64,000 nucleotides of DNA from an uncultured delta proteobacterium. GTDB taxonomy: Bacteria > Myxococcota_A > Polyangia > Haliangiales > Haliangiaceae. The DNA lies in assembly GCA_963848295.1 (NCBI GenBank), contig CAWKDB010000010.1, positions 3,072,001 to 3,136,000 of the forward strand, in the 5' to 3' direction. Shown here piece after piece: positions 22,551-32,608 of the stretch. The notes below the pieces were generated by a model. That model saw only the letters and a list, made by a program, of their open reading frames with translations. It had not been told where the DNA came from and ran no database searches. The first letter of the stretch is position 1. Each line of letters begins with the position of its first letter. The position numbers and the translations under genes are program-made.

Positions 22551-23354
22551 GTGCGCGCAGTAGTGCTTGGCGTCGCGGCGGTCGCGGTCACCGGCGGCAC
22601 CGCATGGGCGAACCCGATGGCGTTGCCGTTCACCTATACGACCGAGACCCTCGCGCCCGGCGCGGTCGAGATCGAGCAGTTCGTCGACATGACGCCGCTG
22701 CGCGCGGTGGGCCCGTTCAACCTGCGCACGCCGTATCTGGCATCGCAGTTCCAGACCGAGATCGAGATCGGCATCGCGCCTCGGCTCGAGCTCGGCCTCT
22801 ACTTCACCTACGTGCCCGCGCCGTCGGGCGACCTGATGGACACCGCGGTGATGCCCGAGGGCAATGGCATCAAGCAACGCGTTCGCTACACGTTCGCGGA
22901 TCCCGGCTGCTGGCCGATCGACGTCGGCGTCTACGGCGAGCTGACCGAGAACGAGCGCGAGCTCGAGCTCGAGGGCAAGATCTTGCTGCAGCGCCGATTC
23001 GGCAAGCTGCGCGTCGCCGCGAACCTATGGACCGAGTACGAGTTCTACTTCTCCGGCCAACGCGACATCGTGCTGAACCCGACCCTCGGCGCGACCTACG
23101 AGATCACGCCGAGCTTCCACGTCGGCATCGATTCATTCCTCCGCGGCGAATATCCGCGCAACCCACCGCCGCCATCGCGCATCTTCGCGCTCGGCCCCGA
23201 GGCCTACGTCGGCCCGGCCGTCATGTACAACTTCGGCAAGCTGTGGTGGTCCGTCGGCTTCTACGGCCGAGTCACCGACACCGACCACCTCCTCGAGCCC
23301 GGCGAAGTCTACGGCAAGTGGTGGCTGCGCTCGATGATCGGCTACAACCTCTGA
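22551..23354 (+). CDS. Putative outer-membrane beta-barrel protein
   Basis: Signal peptide; PFTY...TL.PG..EIEQF, EIEIGI..RLELGLY; alternating beta strands; ends in IGYNL. Confidence 0.7.
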   Translation: MRAVVLGVAAVAVTGGTAWANPMALPFTYTTETLAPGAVEIEQFVDMTPLRAVGPFNLRTPYLASQFQTEIEIGIAPRLELGLYFTYVPAPSGDLMDTAVMPEGNGIKQRVRYTFADPGCWPIDVGVYGELTENERELELEGKILLQRRFGKLRVAANLWTEYEFYFSGQRDIVLNPTLGATYEITPSFHVGIDSFLRGEYPRNPPPPSRIFALGPEAYVGPAVMYNFGKLWWSVGFYGRVTDTDHLLEPGEVYGKWWLRSMIGYNL

Positions 23355-23463
23355 GGGGACGCTGTCTCTTTTGTCAACCAGACCCTCTCGGCCAACCCTC
23401 GATGATCATTGTGAATGAGTTGGTGACGCTGTCTCTATTGTCACTTTACAAGTGAGCGTCACC
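23355..23463 (+). repeat. Repeat-spacer-repeat unit 2 (subtype B), with a hairpin formed by the second copy
   Basis: GGGACGCTGTCTCTTTTGTCAAC (23356-23378) and GTGACGCTGTCTCTATTGTCACT (23423-23445); GGTGACGCT pairs with AGCGTCACC (23455-23463). Confidence 0.9.
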
Positions 23464-24855
23464 CTAGCCGAGCTCTCCCTCCAGTCGCGCAAGCTCGGCG
23501 AGCACGCGGCCGCGCGCGGGGCCGCCGATGACGTCGCGGCGATCGATCGCGCGCACCGGGTCGAGCCAGCTCGCGACGTCGGCATCGAACGCGGCGTGCG
23601 CCGCGCGTAGCGTCGCGAGATCCAGCGCCGCGAGCTCGACCCCGCGCTCGGTCGCGAGTCTCACGAGATGGCCAGCGACATCGTGCGCCTCCCGAAACGC
23701 GACGCCTCTGGTGACGAGATAGTCGGCGAGCTCGGTCGCAACGAGGTGGCCGCGGTCGATCGCCGCGCGCATGCGCGCCTGATCGAACTCGACGCTCGCG
23801 ACCATGCCGCGCGCGATCGCTAGACACGCCTCGAGGGTCTCGACCGCGTCGTACAGTGGCTCCTGGGTCTCTTGCAGATCTTTGTTGTAGGCGAGCGGCA
23901 AGCCTTTGATCGTCGTCACGAGCGCGACCCAGGCACCGATGACGCGACCGGCTTTGCCGCGCACGAGCTCGGCGAGGTCGGGGTTGATCTTCTGCGGCAT
24001 CAAGCTCGAGCCCGAGCAATACGCTTCGCCGATGCGCGCGAACCCGAACTCCTGAGACGTCCACAGCACGAGCTCTTCGCCGAGCCGCGACAGGTGCACT
24101 TGGCATAGCGCGCACGCCGCCACGAGCTCGATCGCGAAGTCGCGGTCGCCGACTGCATCGAGCGAGTTGCGGGTGACCCCGGCGAACCCGAGCGCGCGTG
24201 CGGTCGCTTCGCGATCGATCGGCAGCGTCGTCGCGGCGAGCGCACCGGATCCGAGCGGCGATTCGTCGGCGCGGCGCGCGGCATCGCCGATTCTCCCGCG
24301 ATCGCGCGAGAGCATCGCCTCGTACGCGAGCAGGTGATGCGCGAGCCGCACCGGCTGCGCGCGTTGCAAGTGCGTGTAGCCCGGCAGCAAGGTGTCGACG
24401 TGCGCGCGTGCCTGTGCGACCAGCGCGCGGCGCAGCTCGTCGATCCGCGCGCGCAGCGTGCTCGCGGCGGCGCGTGCGTACAAGCGCAGGTCGGTCGCGA
24501 CCTGATCGTTGCGACTACGCCCGGTGTGCAATCTGCGGCCGGCCTCGCCGATCTCGTCGATCAACCGCGCTTCGACATTCATGTGGACGTCTTCGAGCGC
24601 GTCGTCCCACGCGAGCTCGCCGGAGGCCAACCGCGCCTCGACCGAACGCAAGCCGCGCACGATCGCTTGCGCATCCGCGGTCGCGATGATGCCGCGCGCC
24701 GCGAGCATCTCGGCGTGCGCGATCGAGCCGGCGACATCGTGCGGCAAGAGCCGGCGATCGAAACCGACCGACGCGTTGACCTTCGCTGCGATCGGGTCGA
24801 GCTCGCCGGCGAATCGCCGACCCCGCGCCCCGGCGGGGCCTTTGCCGTCTGTCAT
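23464..24855 (-). CDS. argH: Argininosuccinate lyase
   Basis: [52 protein letters not shown]. Confidence 0.97.
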   Translation of the reverse strand: MTDGKGPAGARGRRFAGELDPIAAKVNASVGFDRRLLPHDVAGSIAHAEMLAARGIIATADAQAIVRGLRSVEARLASGELAWDDALEDVHMNVEARLIDEIGEAGRRLHTGRSRNDQVATDLRLYARAAASTLRARIDELRRALVAQARAHVDTLLPGYTHLQRAQPVRLAHHLLAYEAMLSRDRGRIGDAARRADESPLGSGALAATTLPIDREATARALGFAGVTRNSLDAVGDRDFAIELVAACALCQVHLSRLGEELVLWTSQEFGFARIGEAYCSGSSLMPQKINPDLAELVRGKAGRVIGAWVALVTTIKGLPLAYNKDLQETQEPLYDAVETLEACLAIARGMVASVEFDQARMRAAIDRGHLVATELADYLVTRGVAFREAHDVAGHLVRLATERGVELAALDLATLRAAHAAFDADVASWLDPVRAIDRRDVIGGPARGRVLAELARLEGELG

Positions 24856-24941
24856 CGCGGCGAGTATAGAGATTTCCGGTGAACCGCGCCCACCGATGAT
24901 GATGCGCCGCGTTGCCCGGTTCCCGAGGTAGGATGGAGGGC

Positions 24942-26186
24942 ATGTCTCCCGGATGGATCGCCGCGTGGCTGGGCTTGGTGCTGAGTAGCGCCTGCTCCCC
25001 GTTTGGCGGCGGCTCGTTCGTGTGCGATCAGAGCTCGCAGTGCAGCCAGGGCTCGGTGGCGGGGACGTGTCAGTCGAACGGGTTTTGTTCATTCGATGAT
25101 TCGTCGTGCGCGAGCGGCCAACGCTACGGCGAGCTCTCGGGCTCGGTCGCGAACAACTGCGTCGGCGGTGGTCCGGGCAGCGACAGTGGCGGGCCAGATG
25201 TGGTCGTCCCGATCGACGCCAGCGTGTGCTTCGACGGTCCACTCGCGTTCTGCTTGACGACGGTCCCGACCTCGCCGCGCACGTTGACCGGCACGATCGC
25301 GACCGATTCGCAGTGCGATCAGATCGTCACGCAGACCGACAACTCGAGCGTCTGCGTCGTGGCCGCGACCAACCTGACGGTGCAAGACCTGCGCGCTACC
25401 GGCACGCAACCGCTCGTGCTCGCCGCCACCGGCACGCTCGAGGTCAGCGGCACGCTCGACGTCTCGAGCCAGCAAGGCCTGCCGCCGGGCGCGGGCGCGC
25501 CAGCGGCCGAATGTTCGATGACCATGGACGGCACCGCGAACACCGGCGGCGGCGGTGGTGGCGCGGGCGGCGGATTCGGCGGCACCGGCGGCAACGGCGG
25601 CAAGGGCAACACCAACGTCGCCGCCGGCACCGGCGGCGCCGTCGTCGTGCCGGTGGTAGTACGCGGCGGCTGCCCGGGCGGCGTAGGCGGGGATGGTTCC
25701 GCGGCAATGAACGGCGGCGTTTCTGGCGCGGCCGGCGGCGCGGTGTACCTCACGGCACTCACGCAGATCACGGTCGACTCCAGCGGCTCGGTGTTCGCGT
25801 CGGGCGCCGGTGGTGGCACCCCGGGCAAGGAGGGCGGTGCCGGCGGTGGTGGCACCGGCGGCATGATCGGCTTCTCGGCGCCGACGATCTCCGTGATGGG
25901 CATCGTCGCGGCGAACGGTGGCGCGGGCGGCGGCGGTGGATCGGCGACCCAGAACGGCAACCCCGGCAGCGACGGGACTACGACGATGTACAACAAGCAA
26001 GCGACGCATGGCTCTGGGAACGGCGGTGGCGATGGCGGTGACGGGACCGACGACGCGAACCCGGGCGGCGCCGCCGGCAAGAACTCGACCGGCGGTGGTG
26101 GCGGCGGCGGTGGCGGCATCGGCGTCGTGTGGGCGCACGGCACGATCACTGGCACAAAGATCTCGCCTGCTCCGACGACGAAGTAG
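24942..26186 (+). CDS. Gly-rich secreted lipoprotein
   Basis: SSAC lipobox; Cys-rich N-terminus; repeated GGGGGAGG and GGAVYL / GGMI motifs. Confidence 0.75.
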   Translation: MSPGWIAAWLGLVLSSACSPFGGGSFVCDQSSQCSQGSVAGTCQSNGFCSFDDSSCASGQRYGELSGSVANNCVGGGPGSDSGGPDVVVPIDASVCFDGPLAFCLTTVPTSPRTLTGTIATDSQCDQIVTQTDNSSVCVVAATNLTVQDLRATGTQPLVLAATGTLEVSGTLDVSSQQGLPPGAGAPAAECSMTMDGTANTGGGGGGAGGGFGGTGGNGGKGNTNVAAGTGGAVVVPVVVRGGCPGGVGGDGSAAMNGGVSGAAGGAVYLTALTQITVDSSGSVFASGAGGGTPGKEGGAGGGGTGGMIGFSAPTISVMGIVAANGGAGGGGGSATQNGNPGSDGTTTMYNKQATHGSGNGGGDGGDGTDDANPGGAAGKNSTGGGGGGGGGIGVVWAHGTITGTKISPAPTTK

Positions 26187-26301
26187 CTCGTGCTTACATA
26201 AAGCTGAGCTTATCGCGCCCGCGCTCGTCGAGGAACCTGCTGCACGGCGATGGCTTTTCGGCTATCGTAGTAACTCAGAGGGTTTGCATCCTCGAAGTAT
26301 C

Positions 26302-28572
26302 GTGGGGCAGCCGGCGCAACAGCGTTCGCGTGATCTCGCGCCGGGCGACAAGCTCGGCCGCTACGACCTGATCCGTCAGATCGCGGTCGGCGGCATGGGC
26401 GAGCTCTACCTGGCGCGGACGCTCGGCGTCGAGGGCTTCGAGAAGCTCGTCGTGTTGAAGCGGATCCTGCCGATTCACGTTTCGACTCCGAGCCTGGTCG
26501 AGATGTTCCTCGGTGAAGCGCGCCTGTCCGCCACGCTCCGTCACGCGAACATCGCGCAGGTCTACGACATCGGCGTCGAGGGCAGCGAGTACTTCTTCAC
26601 GATGGAGTACGTCCACGGCGAGGACCTCGGCCGGATCGCGGCGACCGCCGCCGACAACGGTGTGCCGTTGTCACTCGATGCCTCGCTGACGTTGATCGCC
26701 GGTATGTGCGCGGGGCTGCATTACGCCCACGAAAAAGCGGGCCCGGATCGCAAGCCGCTCGGGATCGTGCACCGCGATGTGTCGCCACCCAACGTACTCG
26801 TGAGCTACGACGGAGGCGTCAAGCTCGTCGACTTCGGCATCGCGCGCGCGGTGACCAAGCCGACGTCCGCGGCCGGCGGGCTCAAAGGCAAGCTCGCGTA
26901 TATGTCGCCGGAGCGCTGCACGAACGATCCGACGATCGATCGCCGCAGCGACGTCTACTCGCTCGGCACGCTGCTATTCGAGCTCGCGACCGGCAGGTTG
27001 CCGTTCGTCGCCGATAGCGAGGATGCGCTCGTCGCGAAGATCATCGGAGAGGACGCTCCATCTGCGCGCGACATCGTGCCGGATTTCCCCGAGACGCTCG
27101 CGAAGATCATCGCGCGGGCGCTCGCGCGCGATCGAGCGGACCGCTACGCGACCGCGCTCGAGATGCAGACCGCGGTCGAGGATTTCGCGCGCGAGAGTCG
27201 CTTGCGGATCTCCGGGCTCGTGCTCGCGCGGCTGATGTCGACGCTGTTCCCGGCGCGACTCGAAGAATGGGATCACGCGCGCAAGCAGGGGGCGTTCTTC
27301 GTCGAACAGCACATCGTCCAGACGATGATCGAGGGCGACGATCGCTCGGGCCCGATCGATGCGTCCGGTCAAGCGCGACCGCCGACGGTCACCGAGATGA
27401 ACGCGATCCCCGACACCAGGCCCACCGCGGCGAGCGGTCCGGCGCTAGCGCCACCGCCGGTCATAGCCCGCGCGGCGACGCCTCCGAGTGGAACCTCTCG
27501 ACCGTCGGCGCCGGGCGCGGCGACGCCTCCGAGCGGAACCTCTCGACCGTCGGCGCCGGTTGCGGCGACGCCTCCGAGCGGAACGTCTCGACCGTCGGCG
27601 CCGGGCGTGACGCCCCCGGCAGTCGCTCGCGCGCCGACGCCAGCGCCCGTCGTTGTAGCGCGCGCATCGACGCCTGCATCGGCAGCGGCAACACACCCGT
27701 CAACGCCGGCGCCCGTGGTCGCTCGCGCGCCGACGCCCGTGGCCACGCCGGTGATCACTCGCGCCCCCACGCCGCCACCGACATCCACTCGCGAACCGAC
27801 GCCGATTCCAGCGCCTGCGCGCGTCGTGTCCCCTGCGGCGGACGCGCCCGCGGTCACGCGGTCGAGACCGATCTCGCGCGCGTTGCCGCGAGTCGCGCCA
27901 GCGCCGAACGGCGATGCGATGCAAGGGTTGCCGGTCGCGGCGGCGGGAACGCTGATCAGCTCGCCCGCGCCCGACGCCGCCGTTCAACCGGTGAGCTCCG
28001 TTGGCGATGTCACGGCGCAGGTCCGTCGGCCGACGAAGCCGGTGAGGCGCGCGCCGTGGATCGCGGGCGGCTTGTTGGTCGCGGCTGGCGCGACCGCGGC
28101 ATGGGCGTTCTCGTTCGGACCGCTCGCGGGCCAAACGACGATCACCTCGACCTCAGCGCCGGCCGTCGTCGAGGAATCGCCGAAGGCGGTCGTGACTCCG
28201 CCGGTCGTGACCCCGCCGGCGGTCGTGACCCCGCCCGCAGTCGTGACCCCGCCGGTCGCCGAGGCAACAACAGCAACGGTCGTGCCTGCGCCGCCGCCGG
28301 TGGTGACGCCCCCGCCGGCCGTGCCAACGCGGGCGGTCGCGCCCCCGAAGGCAGTCGCTCAGCCGCCGGTCGCGAAGAAGATCGTCAAGCGTCCGAAGCG
28401 CGCGCTGGCGCCTCGTCACCCAAAACCGAGCGCGCTCGAACCGAAGCCGGATAAGCTGCCGGAGGCGCAACCCGCGCCGTCGCCACCAGTGCCCGCGCGA
28501 GACCCGAAGCCCGAGACCAAAGACCAGCCTTGGAACGCAGACTCTCCCTTCATGCCGGTTCGCGCGCACTAG
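26302..28572 (+). CDS. Membrane Ser/Thr kinase with long Pro/Ala linker
   Basis: IAVGGMGEL, LKR, HRDVSPPN, DFG, GKLAYMSPE; TM helix; start approximate. Confidence 0.92.
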   Translation: MGQPAQQRSRDLAPGDKLGRYDLIRQIAVGGMGELYLARTLGVEGFEKLVVLKRILPIHVSTPSLVEMFLGEARLSATLRHANIAQVYDIGVEGSEYFFTMEYVHGEDLGRIAATAADNGVPLSLDASLTLIAGMCAGLHYAHEKAGPDRKPLGIVHRDVSPPNVLVSYDGGVKLVDFGIARAVTKPTSAAGGLKGKLAYMSPERCTNDPTIDRRSDVYSLGTLLFELATGRLPFVADSEDALVAKIIGEDAPSARDIVPDFPETLAKIIARALARDRADRYATALEMQTAVEDFARESRLRISGLVLARLMSTLFPARLEEWDHARKQGAFFVEQHIVQTMIEGDDRSGPIDASGQARPPTVTEMNAIPDTRPTAASGPALAPPPVIARAATPPSGTSRPSAPGAATPPSGTSRPSAPVAATPPSGTSRPSAPGVTPPAVARAPTPAPVVVARASTPASAAATHPSTPAPVVARAPTPVATPVITRAPTPPPTSTREPTPIPAPARVVSPAADAPAVTRSRPISRALPRVAPAPNGDAMQGLPVAAAGTLISSPAPDAAVQPVSSVGDVTAQVRRPTKPVRRAPWIAGGLLVAAGATAAWAFSFGPLAGQTTITSTSAPAVVEESPKAVVTPPVVTPPAVVTPPAVVTPPVAEATTATVVPAPPPVVTPPPAVPTRAVAPPKAVAQPPVAKKIVKRPKRALAPRHPKPSALEPKPDKLPEAQPAPSPPVPARDPKPETKDQPWNADSPFMPVRAH
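27472..27606 (+). repeat. Intragenic tandem repeat, 3 x 45 bp (AATPPSGTSRPSAP[G/V])
   Basis: Three near-identical units start at 27472, 27517 and 27562. Confidence 0.9.
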
Positions 28573-29297
28573 CGCTCGCGCTCGTGCTCGCCGGCGCGAC
28601 GTCCGCACACGCGGCGCCGCATGGCGTCGACGCGAAGGCGCAGTTCGATCGCGGTGCTGGCGCGTACAATAACAACGACTACGCCGGGGCCTCCGATGCG
28701 TTCGCAAAGTCGTTCGCGCTCGAACCCGATCCGGAGACGCTGTTCGCGTGGGCACAGGCGGAGCGCAAGCTCGGGCACTGCGGTAAAGCGATCGAGCTCT
28801 ACGACAAGCTCCTCGCGATGCAGCTACCTGCCGAAAATCGCGACGCCGTGACGAAGCTGCGCGCCGAGTGTCAGCAGCTCGCCGATCAGGTAGCGACGGC
28901 ACACCCGCCACCGATCGAGCCCGAGCACCATGCGCCGCCGATCGCGCCGCGGTTGGTCGATCAACCCGAGCATTGGTGGCATGACGGCTTCGGCGACACC
29001 TTGCTCGTGATCGGGGTCGCCGGGCTCGCGGTCGGAGCCGTGTGCCTCGTGCAGGCGCACACCGCCGATCAAGACAAGGCGACGGCGACGAACTACTTCG
29101 ACTACAAAGCCGACGTCGATCGAGCCAGCTCCCGCGGCCAGCTCGGCGTGATCTTCAGCGCCGCCGGCGGGGTCGTGCTCGCCGCGAGCATCGTGCACTA
29201 CATCGCGCACGGCCATTCGTCACACGCACCAGCGTCGTCGGCCTCGGCATGGGTCACGCCGAACGGCGGCGGCCTCGTGTGGTCCCGGCGATTTTAG
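28530..29297 (+). CDS. Secreted TPR protein with C-terminal hydrophobic segments
   Basis: ALALALVLAGATSAHA signal; TPR (LFAWAQAERKLGHC..AI.LY); overlaps the kinase stop; start uncertain. Confidence 0.75.
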   Translation: MERRLSLHAGSRALALALVLAGATSAHAAPHGVDAKAQFDRGAGAYNNNDYAGASDAFAKSFALEPDPETLFAWAQAERKLGHCGKAIELYDKLLAMQLPAENRDAVTKLRAECQQLADQVATAHPPPIEPEHHAPPIAPRLVDQPEHWWHDGFGDTLLVIGVAGLAVGAVCLVQAHTADQDKATATNYFDYKADVDRASSRGQLGVIFSAAGGVVLAASIVHYIAHGHSSHAPASSASAWVTPNGGGLVWSRRF

Positions 29298-29372
29298 TGA
29301 TCCGCGAGGCCGGCGGCGAGCTGAATGTACTCCTCGATGTACTGGTCGGCGCGGGTCGTCGACCTCGTCGCG

Positions 29373-31736
29373 TCACCAGTCCTTGATGCGAAGCTGGCTC
29401 CAGCAATCCTTCTTGCCATCGCCGAACACCGACGGCCGGGTCGCGGTCTTCACGTTGATGTCCGTACCTGCGTTCGAGCGACACAGCTTGGTGCCCTCGG
29501 GGCGCGGCTTCTTCCCGATGTACACGAGCACGGGTCGTTGCTCGTAAAGGGTCACGCCGTGACGCTTCAGCCCGTCGACGAGCAACGGGAACTCGGCCGC
29601 GTGATGGTCCGTGTACGCATAGTCGTACAGGTTGTTGTAGGCCATGATGCAGTGCAGATCGCCCGAGGCCTCCGACGGTGATCGGGCGAGATCCATGTTC
29701 GGATCATTCGTCGGCCAGGCTCTCGGCTTGCCGTCGAGGTCGACGAGGTACGCCGTGCCAGCCGCGACGAAGCTCTTGTACACCCCGACGTCCTCGGAGC
29801 GATCGCCGTGATGATGTATGCCGACGGCGTGTCCGAGCTCGTGCGCGGCCGCGTACGCCTGGTTCGCGGCGACCGATCGGGCACTTTGCGTCTTGGCGGC
29901 CTCCGCTGCGGCCTTGTAGTCGATGTCGAGCTCGATGACGTGGCCCGGCGAGGCCGCGGTGTGATCGCGAGCGGCGGCTCTCGACGCCATATCACTGCCA
30001 CCCGGCGGCTTGTCGGGCACGGTCTCGGCGATTCCGCCGGGCGTGGGCGTGGGCTTGTTGTACGCGACGACGCCGTGCTGTCCGCCGCCCCTGGCGAACG
30101 ACGAGTTCGCGTTGACGAGGTGGGTGTCCTTCGGAAGCTCGCCATCGATGCAGACGTGCACGTCGACGGCCGGGGCGGCGGCGGCCTCGAAGATCGCCGC
30201 GGCGGCCCCGAGATCGTTCCCGGTCTTGTTGAGCAGGAACAGGTCCTTCTTCTTTGGATCGAGGCGCACGTGGGTGCCGTTGACGACCGCGCCGCGATAT
30301 TCTTCGTACAGGGTCAGGCCGTCACCATCGAAGTTGTTGCCGTCGAAGTGCTCCTTGTCGCTCGTGGCGTCGATGTCGGTGAGCTGCTCGGCGTGCTCCC
30401 ACGCGTCGGCGATGTGGTTGTCGTTATCGTCGAGGGGGATCTTCGCGTCGGGCACGTTCGCACCTGCGAGGTGCGCGTCCAGGCCTTCGCCGGTCTTGAG
30501 CTGCACGTGCGCGCGCAGCTTGCCGTACGCGCCGAAGTCCTTGCTTTGCACCATCGCCATCACGAACGCACCCTGATCCGGCGTTGTCGTCAGCGTCGTG
30601 TCGGTCAGTTGCTGCACGCCGCTCAGCTTGGCGACGAGCGGATGCCACACGAGATCGTTATCCGCCTTGCCGTTTTCCGGCATGTTGATCGAGTACCCCG
30701 GCTCGTGTGACGACTCGAGCGCGTATCTGACCTGGAACGGGACGTTCGTGACCCTCTCGCCGGGGTTGGCTTTCTTCACGAGGTAGACCCGGAATGCGAC
30801 CGTGTCGAGCTTGCCGTCCTTGGCGCCGGGGTGGGGGCCGATCGGCACGAACTTCGAATAGGTTGCGAGCTGGGCGCCGGGGACGCTCGCGATCGGCTCG
30901 AGGATCGCCTCGTAGGTCTCGGGCTGGCCGCCGATCGACACGACGAGGTCGGTCGTGATCGTCCGCGAGCCGACCTTCTTTTCGGTCGCGGTCGGAGGAT
31001 TGAGCTTGTCGATCGGAAACTCCCGCGACTCGTGAAAACCGATCTGGAAGCCCGTGCTGGTCTTGGCGACGGTCAGGTCGTTGTCTTGCGCGAGACGCCC
31101 CATCGCTTGTTTCAAGGCGACCGCACTCGGTCCGAGGACCGCCCACTGTGCGGCGGTCGACAGGTTCGCGTTGGCCATCGATGCCGCGAACGAGTCTGCG
31201 CTCGAGCCGGCGACCTGACCGCCGTCGACCGTCTGGTCGGCGTTGGGCGGAGCATGCACCTTGATCGTCCCAGCGCCCTTGGACGGGCCGAACCCGGGTG
31301 ACAGCGACAACTCGCCCTGCGTGCTCTGCCGGGAGTAACGCAAGGAAAAATACAGCTTCGCGATGTCGAGGTCGGAGTGCGCGCGGAGATGGGACGAGCT
31401 CGTCGTGTCACAGAACTTCGAGTCGGTCTGGATCTGATAATCGAACGAGCCTTGCCCGGTCAGCGGCTTGGCGCCCGCGGGCATCGGATCGGTCGGGACG
31501 TCGAGCGAGATCTCGTCGGTATCGTCGGACATCGGGAATGCCTCGGAGCCGATCGAGACGGATTCGGTGAATGTCATCTGGCTTCGCTTCATGCTCCCGC
31601 ACGCATTGGCTTCGGTCACCGTGCCCGTCTCGGTGACCGTACGCTTGAACGTCACCTGGACGCGAACCATGCGATCCGGCGACGCGGACGCTGCGGTGGC
31701 GAGAAAGATCAGAAGGAACGCCCCCCGGTTGAGCAT
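29373..31736 (-). CDS. Large secreted zinc metallopeptidase-like protein
   Basis: Signal peptide; AHELGHAVGIHH zinc motif; downstream CIM Met-turn-like; acidic DDNDNHIADAWE and DGDGLTLYEEY loops. Confidence 0.7.
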   Translation of the reverse strand: MLNRGAFLLIFLATAASASPDRMVRVQVTFKRTVTETGTVTEANACGSMKRSQMTFTESVSIGSEAFPMSDDTDEISLDVPTDPMPAGAKPLTGQGSFDYQIQTDSKFCDTTSSSHLRAHSDLDIAKLYFSLRYSRQSTQGELSLSPGFGPSKGAGTIKVHAPPNADQTVDGGQVAGSSADSFAASMANANLSTAAQWAVLGPSAVALKQAMGRLAQDNDLTVAKTSTGFQIGFHESREFPIDKLNPPTATEKKVGSRTITTDLVVSIGGQPETYEAILEPIASVPGAQLATYSKFVPIGPHPGAKDGKLDTVAFRVYLVKKANPGERVTNVPFQVRYALESSHEPGYSINMPENGKADNDLVWHPLVAKLSGVQQLTDTTLTTTPDQGAFVMAMVQSKDFGAYGKLRAHVQLKTGEGLDAHLAGANVPDAKIPLDDNDNHIADAWEHAEQLTDIDATSDKEHFDGNNFDGDGLTLYEEYRGAVVNGTHVRLDPKKKDLFLLNKTGNDLGAAAAIFEAAAAPAVDVHVCIDGELPKDTHLVNANSSFARGGGQHGVVAYNKPTPTPGGIAETVPDKPPGGSDMASRAAARDHTAASPGHVIELDIDYKAAAEAAKTQSARSVAANQAYAAAHELGHAVGIHHHGDRSEDVGVYKSFVAAGTAYLVDLDGKPRAWPTNDPNMDLARSPSEASGDLHCIMAYNNLYDYAYTDHHAAEFPLLVDGLKRHGVTLYEQRPVLVYIGKKPRPEGTKLCRSNAGTDINVKTATRPSVFGDGKKDCWSQLRIKDW

Positions 31737-31824
31737 CCCGCCACTATATACGAGACGATCGCAGCGGTGACACGATGGTAGTGTCGTTCATCGTCGGTGA
31801 GGCTCGTGTGCGCCCCGTTCTTGG

Positions 31825-32475
31825 TCAGCCGATTTCTTCGGCGTAGGTCATCACGAGATACATCACCGCATCGCTGCGTCCCGGGTTGCGGTACGCGTGC
31901 GGCGTATCGGCCTCGAACAAGATCGAGTCGCCCGCTTCGAGGCGATGCGTGTCGCCCGCGACATCGATCTCGATCGTGCCGGCGGTAACGACGAGGTTCT
32001 CGCTCGTGCCCGGCGGGTGCGCATCGGCTTCTTCGCTGCTGCCTGCCGCGAGTCGGAGCTCGTAGAACTCGATCCGGCGCGGCTCGTCGAACGGGAACAA
32101 CGCTCGCGAGCTAAAGCTCCGATCCTTGCTCGTGAGAATCTTCGACTCGGAGCTGCGCAACACGAGCGCTCCCGATTGCGTGCGGGCGCTGATCAACGCC
32201 GAGAACGTGACCTCGAGTGCACGGGCGATCTTCCACAGCACGTTGATCGTCGGCGCGCTTTGACCGAGCTCGATCTGGCCAAGCATCGCGCGCGATACCC
32301 CCGAGATCTGAGCCAGTCGCTCGAGGGACAAACCGCGCCGCGTCCGCAACCGTCGCAAGTTCGAGCCGACGACGGGGGCGAGATCGGTCGCTTCGCTCGG
32401 CGCTACCGGTGCCGCAGCAGCCTTGGGAGCGACCGCGTCCGCTGTTTTCGCCGACTTCTTCTTGACCAGGCCCAC
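31825..32475 (-). CDS. XRE HTH plus cupin transcriptional regulator (SutR/PuuR-like)
   Basis: NLRRLR..RGLSLERLA..SGVSRAMLGQIE.GQSAPT; cupin HPPGT.E, GDSI.F.AD.PH.Y.N. Confidence 0.92.
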   Translation of the reverse strand: MGLVKKKSAKTADAVAPKAAAAPVAPSEATDLAPVVGSNLRRLRTRRGLSLERLAQISGVSRAMLGQIELGQSAPTINVLWKIARALEVTFSALISARTQSGALVLRSSESKILTSKDRSFSSRALFPFDEPRRIEFYELRLAAGSSEEADAHPPGTSENLVVTAGTIEIDVAGDTHRLEAGDSILFEADTPHAYRNPGRSDAVMYLVMTYAEEIG

Positions 32476-32520
32476 TGTCGAACCAGATCTGTATCCGTCT
32501 TAACGGACAAGAGCAAGCCA

Positions 32521-32608
32521 GGGACGGTGTTCACTTTGTCAACCGACGAGCACGCGGTGGCCCAACGATCACCGGCCCTTACCTGGGGACGGTGTTCACT
32601 TTGTCAAC
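32521..32608 (+). repeat. Repeat-spacer-repeat unit 3: two identical 23-bp cores with a 42-bp spacer
   Basis: GGGACGGTGTTCACTTTGTCAAC at 32521-32543 and 32586-32608; one mismatch to the reverse complement of unit 1. Confidence 0.95.

Noticed and set aside
32521..32545. TTGACA inside the repeat as a -35 element
   Set aside because: No -10 hexamer at 16-18 nt spacing in this copy
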